In this document: positions 1 to 10,081 of the stretch, one piece after another
How the letters are laid out: each line of letters starts with the position of its first letter
How positions within the stretch are numbered: the first letter of the stretch is position 1
UHGV virus genome: UHGV-0299912
Direction: 5' to 3' (one strand)
Source of the DNA: a virus
DNA: 34,856 nt
Notes under the pieces: model-generated
The model's database searches: none
Told to the model about the DNA's origin: nothing
Seen by the model: the letters and a program-made list of their open reading frames with translations, nothing else
Translations under genes and position numbers: made by a program

Positions 1-249
1 AGTTCAATCAACGTTATGAATATAATGAAAAAAATAACTGGTATGACAAGAGGCGCGAAATATACAGATCGTTACAAAAAAATCAACTCAAAAATAAAAT
101 AAAATCTCTGCATAAACTTTATGGCTAAATGATTTCACAACAATGGAAGAGACACTTTGTTACTCACGCAATCAATCATTTCGGGCATAACAACTAGTCC
201 TAGATTATATTCGCTAGGTATACTTTATTTTTAAGCTAATACTTTAGCT

Positions 250-951
250 CTATTTCATCACTCCTTTCAGCCCGAACTTAGCTTTGATTTCTGCGATCTT
301 CGCCAGCGCCTGAACACGATTTAGAGGTCTACCGCCCATGACAGGAAGTTGTTTTACTGGTTCAGGTATCGCCTCACCACGGTTAATTCGCGCGGTCATA
401 CAAGTCAGTTCATCGGCAGCCTTGCGCCGTAATTCCGTATCAGTAAGCGCATTGGCCCGCATATTCTGGTACAGGCTAGTAACCAGCCAGTAGTGCGCGT
501 TTGATTTCCACGGATAAGACTCTGCATCCGGATACAGGCCACGCTTCCGGCAATACTCGTAAACCATATCAACCAGCTCGCTGGCGTTTGGCAGCCCGGC
601 GGTAACGGATGCTTCTTCACGGCACCATGCAACAAACTGCCCGGGTGATGGCAGGAATGGTCGATTCTGCCGACGGGCTACGCGCATTCCTGCGTTAACC
701 TGTTCCATTGTGGTGATCCCGTTTTCCCGGAAAGCCAGAACCCACTGGCGGCGGATTTCGTTCAGTTCGTTCTGGTCCCGGTTAGCCAGGCTCGCCGGGA
801 AAGTTGCCAGTAACTGGCTGAACACACCGTTGATGATCTGCGCTACCTGCTGTACCTGCGGCTTTTCGTCGTACTGTTCCGGCATGTTGTTGGCGATCCG
901 ACGCATCTGCTCACGGTCAAAGTTAATCATCTGTGCGGCGATGTTTTTCAT
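250..951 (-). CDS. P: Replication protein P (DnaB helicase loader)
   Basis: 233-aa ORF whose translation I recognise as lambda P along its whole length; its start overlaps the O stop (ATGA), the lambda O-P arrangement. Confidence 0.93.
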   Translation of the reverse strand: MKNIAAQMINFDREQMRRIANNMPEQYDEKPQVQQVAQIINGVFSQLLATFPASLANRDQNELNEIRRQWVLAFRENGITTMEQVNAGMRVARRQNRPFLPSPGQFVAWCREEASVTAGLPNASELVDMVYEYCRKRGLYPDAESYPWKSNAHYWLVTSLYQNMRANALTDTELRRKAADELTCMTARINRGEAIPEPVKQLPVMGGRPLNRVQALAKIAEIKAKFGLKGVMK

Positions 952-1877
952 AAATCCACCCCGTAAATCCAGTCAGTGTTTGTCAGGTCGAGTTTTGGTT
1001 TTCCGGCTGTCACGCCAGCCTGTTGCTTGTTACGGTTGATTTCGAGCTGGGTCCACTTGTCGCGGAGTTTAGCCGGACTCAGCACGTTACCGGACCAGAA
1101 GTTGTCCTGGCATGCCCAGCGGAACAGCACGCACATGTCGCGGTGGTTACGTCCGTCACGTTCACGCATCAGGCGGATATCATTAGCCCACCCTGCAAAA
1201 TTCGGTTTTCTGGCTGATGGCGCGATGGTCTTCACCATGTCAAACATCCACTCTGCGGCGGTCAGGTCTTCTGCTGTCCCCCACTTGCTGCCGCTCTGAA
1301 TTGCAGCATCTGGTTTCACCACAGGAAGATCGTTTTCTGGTTGGTCAGAGGATTCGCCAGAATTCTCTGACGAAAAAGGTTTTATATTGTCTTTTGTTAG
1401 TTTGTCTTTTGTGTTTACCTGATTCGGGTAAACGCCTTTACCTGATTTGGGTAAACTTTTCTTACCTGATTCAGGTAAATTTACCTCTTTCAGGTAAACT
1501 TTATTTTTCTTACCTGATTCGGGTAATGTTGCCCATTCACTGACCACATTATTAATACCGATATTCCGCCCGCTCTGAATCAAAATCCCACGCTTTACCA
1601 GAACACTTTTTGCAGCAGAACACTTGTGCGGCAATATCCCGGTCAATTCGGACAGTTGCTCGTTGCTCACCCAATCCAGTTTTTTATTAAAGCCATATGT
1701 TTTGCGCATGACAGCCAGGAAGACCAGAAGCTGGTACTGTGTTAATCCGGCCAGCATCACAGCTTCCAGCAACTCATTTGCAATGCGCGTATAACCATCA
1801 TCGAGATCTGCCACACGCGGCTCCTTTTGTGCCTCATCCGGCACTGGAAAATTGAATATCTCAGCAGTGTTTGCCAT
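948..1877 (-). CDS. O: Replication initiator protein O
   Basis: ORF-track frame 948..1967. I place the start at ATG 1877 (MANTAEIFNF...), which has a GGAAGGA Shine-Dalgarno 5 nt upstream and aligns with the lambda O N-terminus (MTNTAKILNF...). The C-terminal half (SSENSGESSDQPEND...WIYGVDL) matches lambda O; the N-terminal DNA-binding half is diverged. Contains the origin iterons. Confidence 0.88.
   Translation of the reverse strand: MANTAEIFNFPVPDEAQKEPRVADLDDGYTRIANELLEAVMLAGLTQYQLLVFLAVMRKTYGFNKKLDWVSNEQLSELTGILPHKCSAAKSVLVKRGILIQSGRNIGINNVVSEWATLPESGKKNKVYLKEVNLPESGKKSLPKSGKGVYPNQVNTKDKLTKDNIKPFSSENSGESSDQPENDLPVVKPDAAIQSGSKWGTAEDLTAAEWMFDMVKTIAPSARKPNFAGWANDIRLMRERDGRNHRDMCVLFRWACQDNFWSGNVLSPAKLRDKWTQLEINRNKQQAGVTAGKPKLDLTNTDWIYGVDL
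1415..1527. repeat. Replication origin iterons (5 copies of ~19-bp TTACCTGATTCGGGTAAAC-type repeat) inside O
   Basis: Direct repeats starting at 1415, 1438, 1462, 1481 and 1510, each an internal inverted repeat (TTACC...GGTAA), followed by an AT-rich stretch. Same position as ori-lambda within O. Confidence 0.8.
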
Positions 1878-1963
1878 AATTCCTTCCGCAATGAGTGCGT
1901 TACGATTTGCACCTGAAAGTCGGCTCTGTTCCCGCAGACCGGCTTTCGCCATTTCTGAACCTG

Positions 1964-2503
1964 TCATATTGCCCCCAGCATGGTGGTAACCATCGCCATT
2001 AATGGACCAGCCAGATCCGGGTCCACACGAAACATCGACACAATACCTTCACTCATTTCCTTCAGTTTCTGGTGGCGTGGTGCGTTGAGAATGACCGCCT
2101 GCTTTGCCTCACTGAGTTCCTTATCCATTTCAGCCAACCGAGCCATGAAGCTATCCTGCTCAACCAGGTGGCCGCGATATTCCAGCGGTAGTACCGCCAG
2201 AATTGCCGGGGTCAGTTCACGCACGTTATTTCGGTATTTTTCAGAATCGAATTTGTTATCGAGGAAGCGGAACAGCTTCTGGCGTGCACGGCTGACATCA
2301 TCAGGGAAATCGATGGTGCCGCCGCCCTGCTCCCGATACTCATTCACAATGAGTGCGGCAACAACATCCTGATTATCTGCAGCCGACCAGGCGCGAACGG
2401 CATCACGGATTTTTTCGTGGCCTGGCGCCTGTTTTGTTTGAGAATGATTTATCACCGCAGTCGGGCTAAATCCGCTAGTCTGTTGGTATGTAAGTGGTTG
2501 CAT
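1964..2503 (-). CDS. YdaT-like protein in the cII position (putative CII functional analogue)
   Basis: 179-aa ORF between cro and O. Motifs NEYREQGGG and PAILAVLPLEYRGHL resemble Rac prophage YdaT as I recall it (EEYLRQGGG, PAILAILPRELRHRL). Confidence 0.7.
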   Translation of the reverse strand: MQPLTYQQTSGFSPTAVINHSQTKQAPGHEKIRDAVRAWSAADNQDVVAALIVNEYREQGGGTIDFPDDVSRARQKLFRFLDNKFDSEKYRNNVRELTPAILAVLPLEYRGHLVEQDSFMARLAEMDKELSEAKQAVILNAPRHQKLKEMSEGIVSMFRVDPDLAGPLMAMVTTMLGAI

Positions 2504-2572
2504 AATTGACTCCTTTAGTTTGAATTGACTGTTAAGTTGATTGCTTATTGTTAAAGAGCGTGAAATGGAAAT

Positions 2573-2803
2573 TTAAGCTGCGTTCTTTTCGGTGTGTGGA
2601 AACAACTTCGGAAGATCCGGGCGAATCTGGTATGCCTTCACTACTCCACCAGTAGCCGTAACAATGCTGCCGACATGTTCAGGGGATACCTTTGCTTTGT
2701 TGTGAAGCCACTTATAGACGGCCTGCTGTGAAACTTCGCAAGCAGCGCCCAGTTTCTTTTGTGAACCAACGATATTGATCGCTGTTTTGATAGCTGGGTT
2801 CAT
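2573..2803 (-). CDS. cro: Cro-like HTH regulator (YdaS family)
   Basis: 76-aa ORF divergent from the repressor gene; GGAGG Shine-Dalgarno 5 nt upstream of the ATG; helix-turn-helix-like segment (QKKLGAACEVSQQAVYKW). Confidence 0.8.
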   Translation of the reverse strand: MNPAIKTAINIVGSQKKLGAACEVSQQAVYKWLHNKAKVSPEHVGSIVTATGGVVKAYQIRPDLPKLFPHTEKNAA

Positions 2804-2907
2804 AACAACCTCCGTGGTTAATTTGAATCAAGATTAAAACTATGGTTGTTTTTAGTCAACAACCATTTTCGTTTGATGGAATAAAACCTTGGTTGTACAT
2901 TTGGACT
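2804..2907. promoter_or_regulatory. Immunity-region operator/promoter interval (candidate PR, PRM and operator palindrome)
   Basis: 25-bp palindrome ATGGTTGTT-N7-AACAACCAT at 2842..2866. Candidate PR on the minus strand: -35 TTGACT (2859..2854), 17-bp spacer, -10 TAATCT (2836..2831). Candidate PRM on the plus strand: -35 TTGATG (2873..2878), 17-bp spacer, -10 TACATT (2896..2901), which would give a leaderless cI mRNA starting near ATG 2908. Confidence 0.5.
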
Positions 2908-3597
2908 ATGAAAACAACACTCTCAGAAAGACTTAAAGAAGCTAGATTAGCGCGAGGCCTTACACAAAAGGCGCTTGGGGATTTGGTCGGGGTTAGACAG
3001 GCTGCTATTCAGAAAATCGAAACAGGGAAAGCTAATCAAACAACTAAAATCGTGGAGATCGCGAACGCTTTGGGTGTGCGCGCAGAATGGTTATCTTCTG
3101 GCGTTGGAAATATGTCAGACAGTACAGTGCAACCAATACAATCAACTGTCAGCCATTCCAAATACTTCAAGATTGACGTTCTTGATATAGAAGTCAGTGC
3201 TGGGCCGGGAGTCATCAACCGTGAGTTTGTAGAAGTTCTACGCTCGGTTGAGTACTCGTTTGACGATGCTCGTCACATGTTCGATGGTAGGAAGGCGGAA
3301 AATATCCGCATCATTAACGTGCGTGGTGACAGCATGTCAGGAACGATCGAACCAGGTGATCTGCTGTTCGTTGATATCACAGTTAAATCTTTCGACGGTG
3401 ATGGTATCTATGCGTTTCTGTACGACGACACAGCCCATGTAAAGCGCCTGCAAATGATGAAGGATAAGCTGCTGGTCATCTCTGATAACAAAAGCTACTC
3501 ACCGTGGGACCCGATCGAGAAAGACGAGATGAACCGGGTGTTCATCTTCGGTAAGGTTATTGGGAGCATGCCGCAGACATATAGGAAGCATGGGTAG
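2908..3597 (+). CDS. cI: CI-type prophage repressor (N-terminal XRE HTH, C-terminal LexA/S24 autopeptidase domain)
   Basis: ORF-track frame 2842..3597. I prefer the internal ATG at 2908 (MKTTLSERLKEARL...) because 2842 lies inside the operator palindrome. HTH (LTQKALGDLVGVRQAAIQKIE) and S24-like C-terminal region (RGDSM...K) are present. Confidence 0.88.
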   Translation: MKTTLSERLKEARLARGLTQKALGDLVGVRQAAIQKIETGKANQTTKIVEIANALGVRAEWLSSGVGNMSDSTVQPIQSTVSHSKYFKIDVLDIEVSAGPGVINREFVEVLRSVEYSFDDARHMFDGRKAENIRIINVRGDSMSGTIEPGDLLFVDITVKSFDGDGIYAFLYDDTAHVKRLQMMKDKLLVISDNKSYSPWDPIEKDEMNRVFIFGKVIGSMPQTYRKHG

Positions 3598-3718
3598 TAC
3601 CAATTAAAAATTATCAACTGGGCATTGTGCTCATTCAGTAAAGAACTAATTCCTATCTTTGCTCTAGGTAGTAATATTAAGCCACCGCAATAATATCTTT
3701 ACCTAACGGCGTAAGAAT

Positions 3719-3745
3719 CCCGGTCACCGTGCCGGGTTTTCTTTT
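3719..3745 (+). terminator. Rho-independent terminator downstream of cI
   Basis: CCCGG-tcaccgtg-CCGGG hairpin followed by TTTTCTTTT. Confidence 0.55.
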
Positions 3746-3880
3746 GCCCTCCCCTCATCACACACACCGTTAAAAAAACCACCATAACCTCCCTTCAGTT
3801 ATCGCTATGCGATTCAAGTCACAAAATAAATCCATCCTAAATACAACCAGTTATATCTAAAAAAACCAATAAAACAACTT

Positions 3881-3908
3881 TTGTTGTTGACGACAAAACA
3901 ACTATAGT
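3881..3908 (+). promoter_or_regulatory. Candidate leftward early promoter (pL-like) with overlapping GTTGTT/AACAAC inverted repeat
   Basis: -35 TTGTTG (3881..3886), 16-bp spacer, -10 TATAGT (3903..3908). Inverted repeat GTTGTT (3883..3888) and AACAAC (3897..3902) shares its half-site with the cro-cI palindrome. Confidence 0.4.
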
Positions 3909-4197
3909 TTTAAATGAGTTCATCGCAACAACACAACGATACGGCAACCACCTGATTCACCGTTGCGATGACCGCTTAGATCCGCAGCTTGAATTTCAGC
4001 AGGCTCCGGGGAGTGCGAGGGGTGAAGCGGACGCGTGAACGTCGGTGTGACCAGCTGAAATCAACCCAACTCAACACCTCATACCTCAGTCGCTTCAACG
4101 AGGCGGCTTAGTTATGACAACCGGCGGCCATCCACCGCCTGAATACGCGCAGAAGTCTCTATATGTTCAGCAGCCCAGCTTACGGGCAGGAGTTTTT

Positions 4198-4404
4198 ATG
4201 GTTCATCAACATTACGGAACGCAGACCGTTAATCGAGGTGCGGTCATGCCAGGAATGCTGGTCAAACACAAAGATGGTACCTGGACTGCATCAGCTAATT
4301 TACGCGGACGGCTATATCTGCATCACGGCATCGAGCGCACTTATACCCGTGATTTGCTCGTGGAAGTTTTTCTCGACGGACGAGGCAACGGCCTGAATCA
4401 CTAA
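4198..4404 (+). CDS. Hypothetical small early protein (kil/cIII position upstream of gam)
   Basis: ORF-track frame 4114..4404. Internal ATG at 4198 has a strong AGGAG Shine-Dalgarno 5 nt upstream. No recognisable similarity and no Arg-rich N-like motif. Confidence 0.35.
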   Translation: MVHQHYGTQTVNRGAVMPGMLVKHKDGTWTASANLRGRLYLHHGIERTYTRDLLVEVFLDGRGNGLNH

Positions 4405-4479
4405 TCCCCTTTCCTGTTTTCCTAATCAGCCTGGCATTTCGCGGGCGATATTTTCACAGCCATTTTCAGGAGTTCAGCC

Positions 4480-4776
4480 ATGAACGCTTATTACATTCAG
4501 GATCGTCTTGAGGCTCAGAGCTGGGCGCGTCACTACCAGCAGATTGCCCGTGAAGAGAAAGAGGCAGAACTGGCAGACGACATGGAAAAAGGTCTTCCAC
4601 AGCACCTGTTTGAATCACTCTGCATCGATCATTTGCAACGCCACGGGGCCAGCAAAAAAGCCATTACCCGTGCGTTTGATGACGATGTTGAGTTTCAGGA
4701 GCGCATGGCAGAACACATCCGGTACATGGTTGAAACCATTGCTCACCACCAGGTTGATATTGATTCAGAGGTATAA
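4480..4776 (+). CDS. gam: Gam, host RecBCD inhibitor (short GamS form)
   Basis: 98-aa translation ([21 protein letters not shown]...[10 protein letters not shown]) recognised as lambda GamS; AGGAG Shine-Dalgarno upstream. Confidence 0.93.
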   Translation: MNAYYIQDRLEAQSWARHYQQIAREEKEAELADDMEKGLPQHLFESLCIDHLQRHGASKKAITRAFDDDVEFQERMAEHIRYMVETIAHHQVDIDSEV

Positions 4777-4781
4777 AACGA

Positions 4782-5567
4782 ATGAGTACAGCACTCGCAA
4801 CGCTGGCAGGGAAGCTGGCTGAACGTGTCGGCATGGATTCTGTCGACCCACAGGAACTGATCACCACTCTTCGCCAGACGGCATTTAAAGGTGATGCCAG
4901 CGATGCGCAGTTCATCGCATTGTTGATCGTCGCCAACCAGTACGGCCTTAATCCGTGGACGAAAGAAATTTACGCCTTCCCTGATAAGCAGAACGGCATC
5001 GTTCCGGTGGTGGGCGTTGATGGCTGGTCCCGCATCATCAATGAAAACCAGCAGTTTGATGGCATGGACTTTGAGCAGGACAATGAATCCTGTACATGCC
5101 GGATTTACCGCAAGGACCGTAATCATCCGATCTGCGTTACCGAATGGATGGATGAATGCCGCCGCGAACCATTCAAAACCCGCGAAGGCAGAGAAATCAC
5201 GGGGCCGTGGCAGTCGCATCCCAAACGGATGTTACGGCATAAAGCCATGATTCAGTGTGCCCGTCTCGCCTTCGGATTTGCTGGTATCTATGACAAGGAT
5301 GAAGCCGAGCGCATTGTCGAAAATACCGCATACACTGCAGAACGTCAGCCGGAACGCGACATCACTCCGGTTAACGATGAAACCATGCAGGAGATTAACA
5401 CTCTGCTGATTGCCCTGGACAAAACATGGGATGACGACTTATTGCCGCTCTGTTCCCAGATATTTCGCCGCGACATTCGCGCATCGTCAGAACTGACACA
5501 GGCCGAAGCAGTGAAAGCTCTTGGATTCCTGAAACAGAAAGCCACTGAGCAGAAGGTGGCAGCATGA
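4782..5567 (+). CDS. bet: Bet (Red-beta) single-strand annealing recombinase
   Basis: 261-aa translation recognised as lambda Bet ([20 protein letters not shown]...). Confidence 0.93.
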   Translation: MSTALATLAGKLAERVGMDSVDPQELITTLRQTAFKGDASDAQFIALLIVANQYGLNPWTKEIYAFPDKQNGIVPVVGVDGWSRIINENQQFDGMDFEQDNESCTCRIYRKDRNHPICVTEWMDECRREPFKTREGREITGPWQSHPKRMLRHKAMIQCARLAFGFAGIYDKDEAERIVENTAYTAERQPERDITPVNDETMQEINTLLIALDKTWDDDLLPLCSQIFRRDIRASSELTQAEAVKALGFLKQKATEQKVAA

Positions 5568-6244
5568 CACCGGACATTATCCTACAGCGTACCGGGATCG
5601 ACGTGAGAGCTGTCGAACAGGGGGATGATGCATGGCACAAATTACGGCTCGGCGTCATCACCGCTTCAGAAGTTCACAACGTGATAGCAAAGCCCCGCTC
5701 AGGAAAGAAGTGGCCTGACATGAAAATGTCCTACTTCCACACCCTGCTGGCTGAGGTTTGCACCGGTGTGGCTCCGGAAGTTAATGCTAAGGCGCTGGCG
5801 TGGGGAAAACAGTACGAGAACGACGCCAGAACCCTGTTTGAATTCACTTCCGGCGTGAATGTTACTGAATCCCCGATCATCTATCGCGACGAAAGTATGC
5901 GCACCGCCTGCTCTCCCGATGGTTTATGCAGTGACGGCAATGGCCTTGAGCTGAAATGCCCGTTTACCTCCCGGGATTTCATGAAGTTCCGGCTCGGTGG
6001 TTTCGAGGCCATAAAGTCGGCTTACATGGCCCAGGTGCAGTACAGCATGTGGGTAACGCGAAAATATGCCTGGTACTTTGCCAACTATGACCCACGAATG
6101 AAGCGTGAAGGCCTGCATTATGTCGTGGTTGAGCGGGATGAAAAGTACATGGCGAGTTTTGACGAGATGGTGCCGGAGTTCATCGAAAAAATGGACGAAG
6201 CACTGGCTGAAATTGGTTTTGTATTTGGAGAGCAATGGCGATGA
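5564..6244 (+). CDS. exo: Exo (Red-alpha) 5'-3' exonuclease
   Basis: 226-aa translation recognised as lambda Exo ([40 protein letters not shown]...); overlaps bet stop. Confidence 0.93.
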   Translation: MTPDIILQRTGIDVRAVEQGDDAWHKLRLGVITASEVHNVIAKPRSGKKWPDMKMSYFHTLLAEVCTGVAPEVNAKALAWGKQYENDARTLFEFTSGVNVTESPIIYRDESMRTACSPDGLCSDGNGLELKCPFTSRDFMKFRLGGFEAIKSAYMAQVQYSMWVTRKYAWYFANYDPRMKREGLHYVVVERDEKYMASFDEMVPEFIEKMDEALAEIGFVFGEQWR

Positions 6245-6423
6245 CCCATCCTCACGATAATATCCGGGTAGGCGCGATCACTTTCGTCTACTCCGTTACA
6301 AAGCGAGGCTGGGTATTTCACGGTCTTTCTGTTATCCGAAATCCGCTGAAAGCCCAGCGGCTGGCTGAGGAGATAAATAATAAACGGGGGGCGGTATGCA
6401 CAAAGCATCTCCTGTTGAGTTAA
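6235..6423 (+). CDS. Small exo-xis-region hypothetical protein (lambda orf60a-like position)
   Basis: 62-aa ORF overlapping the exo stop, same strand as the early-left operon. Confidence 0.55.
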   Translation: MAMTHPHDNIRVGAITFVYSVTKRGWVFHGLSVIRNPLKAQRLAEEINNKRGAVCTKHLLLS

Positions 6424-6458
6424 GAACGAGTATTGATTTGGCACATAGCCTTGCTCAA

Positions 6459-6463
6459 ATTGG
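6459..6463. repeat. Target-site duplication ATTGG, left copy
   Basis: Identical 5-bp ATTGG immediately flanks both IS ends. Confidence 0.8.
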
Positions 6464-8471
<2,008 letters not shown>

Positions 8472-8554
8472 TTAGCCACATCCCTTTCACAAAAGCTGGA
8501 AATGATGGTGGCGAAAGCAGAAGCAGATGAGAGACCAGGTATGACAACCACTGA

Positions 8555-8836
8555 ATGCATTTTTCTGGCAGCGGGCTTCATATTCTGTGTGCTTATGCTT
8601 GCCGACATGGGGCTTGTTCAGTGACACCTCAGCAAGAAAACGCCCTTCGCAGCATTGCCCGTCAGGCTAATTCTGAAATCAAAAAAGTCAGACAGCAGTT
8701 TCCGGATAAAAACGTCAATGACATTTGCCGTAGCGTACTGAAGAAGCACCGCGAAACGGTAACGCTGAAGGGATTCACACCGACTCATTTAAGCCTGGCA
8801 ATCGGCATGTTAAACGGCGTCTTTAAGGAACGATGA
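8555..8836 (+). CDS. Hypothetical exo-xis-region protein
   Basis: 93-aa ORF. An alternative GTG start at 8621 overlaps the stop of the IS-split gene (VTPQQENALRSIARQ...), which would give ~71 aa. No recognisable similarity. Confidence 0.4.
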   Translation: MHFSGSGLHILCAYACRHGACSVTPQQENALRSIARQANSEIKKVRQQFPDKNVNDICRSVLKKHRETVTLKGFTPTHLSLAIGMLNGVFKER

Positions 8837-8934
8837 ACATGAAAAGCAAAATTATCAGGGAGCTACAGGCTCCTTTTTTATTGTTCGCATTCACCCTCAA
8901 GCGTATTAACCAACAGTTCAGGGATTAATGAAAG

Positions 8935-9156
8935 ATGGCAGACATCATTGATTCAGCATCAGAAATAGAAGAATTACAGCGCAACACAGCAATAAAAATG
9001 CGCCGCCTGAACTACCTGGCTGTATCTGCCACTCATTGTTGTGAGTGTGGCGATCCGATAGATGAACGAAGACGCCTGGCCGTTCAGGGTTGTCGGACTT
9101 GCGCCAGTTGCCAGCAAGATCTGGAGCTTATCCGCAAACAAAGGGGGATTAAGTGA
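8935..9156 (+). CDS. TraR/DksA-family C4 zinc-finger protein (lambda orf73-like)
   Basis: 73 aa with a CxxC-N17-CxxC motif (CCECGD...CRTCASC), typical of TraR-like RNA-polymerase secondary-channel binders found in the lambda exo-xis region. Confidence 0.75.
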   Translation: MADIIDSASEIEELQRNTAIKMRRLNYLAVSATHCCECGDPIDERRRLAVQGCRTCASCQQDLELIRKQRGIK

Positions 9157-9488
9157 TGGCTAACCTGCAACTTGCTGTTAAAAGTGAATACTTCGATGCC
9201 ATGATTCGCGGAGAGAAAACGGAAGAGTATCGCTTGTGTAATGACTACTGGAATAAGCGAATTATGTTCCGGGAATATGACCGCCTGATTATCACAAAGG
9301 GATATCCGAAGCGCGACGATTCCAGTCGCAGAATTGATGTTCCGTATGACGGATATGAAGTGAAGACAATCACACATCCGCACTTTGGCGATAAACCGGT
9401 AAAGGTGTTCGCTATAAAGGTGAATATCACCACTGAATATCAATCCGCACAACACAAGGTCAAGAATGTTCAGAGTGATTTACCCTAA
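9153..9488 (+). CDS. ASCH-domain protein
   Basis: 111 aa. Contains the GxKxxExR motif (IRGEKTEEYR) characteristic of ASCH/PUA-like domains. Overlaps the upstream stop (ATGA). Confidence 0.6.
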   Translation: MMANLQLAVKSEYFDAMIRGEKTEEYRLCNDYWNKRIMFREYDRLIITKGYPKRDDSSRRIDVPYDGYEVKTITHPHFGDKPVKVFAIKVNITTEYQSAQHKVKNVQSDLP

Positions 9489-9705
9489 CACCTGGTACGT
9501 CGACCACCACGGCACTCCCTGCAAAATCCTGCGTTCTACCCACAACAAAGTTCACTACATCCGAAAAGGCAGAACATGTATCGCCAGCATGTTCCGCTTT
9601 AATCATGACTTTGAACCTGTGAGTAAAGTGGAATCAGAGCGGATAGCCGAAGAGATCGATACAGCAGAACACATTAAGAAGTTACGTGCCATACGCAGGA
9701 AATAG
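9466..9705 (+). CDS. Hypothetical protein
   Basis: 79-aa ORF overlapping the previous gene in the same operon; basic C-terminus; no recognisable similarity. Confidence 0.45.
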   Translation: MFRVIYPNTWYVDHHGTPCKILRSTHNKVHYIRKGRTCIASMFRFNHDFEPVSKVESERIAEEIDTAEHIKKLRAIRRK

Positions 9706-9844
9706 AAAAATTGATAAATTCAATACTGCATTTCTCAGCATTAAATTTATCTCTATGACCAGTCAAGAGATGTACCTGCCATGAGCTTAATATCATGTCA
9801 GATATATCGGTCACAAACTCCCTCAGTAGCTAAGAGGAGGACAA

Positions 9845-10081
9845 ATGTCTCGACTAATCACTTTACAGGACTGGGCTAAAGAAGAATTTGGGGACTTAGC
9901 ACCAAGTGAGCGAGTTCTGAAAAAATACGCGCAAGGGAAAATGATGGCCCCACCCGCTATAAAAGTTGGTCGCTACTGGATGATTGACCGAAATTCCCGT
10001 TTTGTAGGAACGCTTGCAGAACCGCAACTCCCAATAAACGCAAACCCAAAACTCCAACGGATAATCGCTGATGGCTGCTAG
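9845..10081 (+). CDS. xis: Excisionase
   Basis: 78-aa ORF immediately upstream of and overlapping int; strong AAGAGGAGG Shine-Dalgarno; sequence recognised as an E. coli prophage excisionase type. Confidence 0.8.
   Translation: MSRLITLQDWAKEEFGDLAPSERVLKKYAQGKMMAPPAIKVGRYWMIDRNSRFVGTLAEPQLPINANPKLQRIIADGC

Noticed and set aside
405-1543. Alternate-frame ORFs within P and O (405..635, 710..1039, 976..1299, 1023..1217, 1217..1543)
   Set aside because: Nested in or antisense to confidently identified P and O; the 1217..1543 frame merely reads through the iteron repeats.
2842-2907. Upstream start of the repressor ORF at 2842 (MVVFSQQ...)
   Set aside because: The ATG lies inside the operator palindrome and the divergent promoter region. 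The internal ATG at 2908 matches the usual CI N-terminus and the predicted leaderless PRM start.
4114-4404. 96-aa ORF considered as a possible N antiterminator
   Set aside because: It has no Arg-rich N-terminal motif and no nut site upstream. The in-frame ATG at 4198 with a strong Shine-Dalgarno is the more likely start, so I treat it as a hypothetical small protein.
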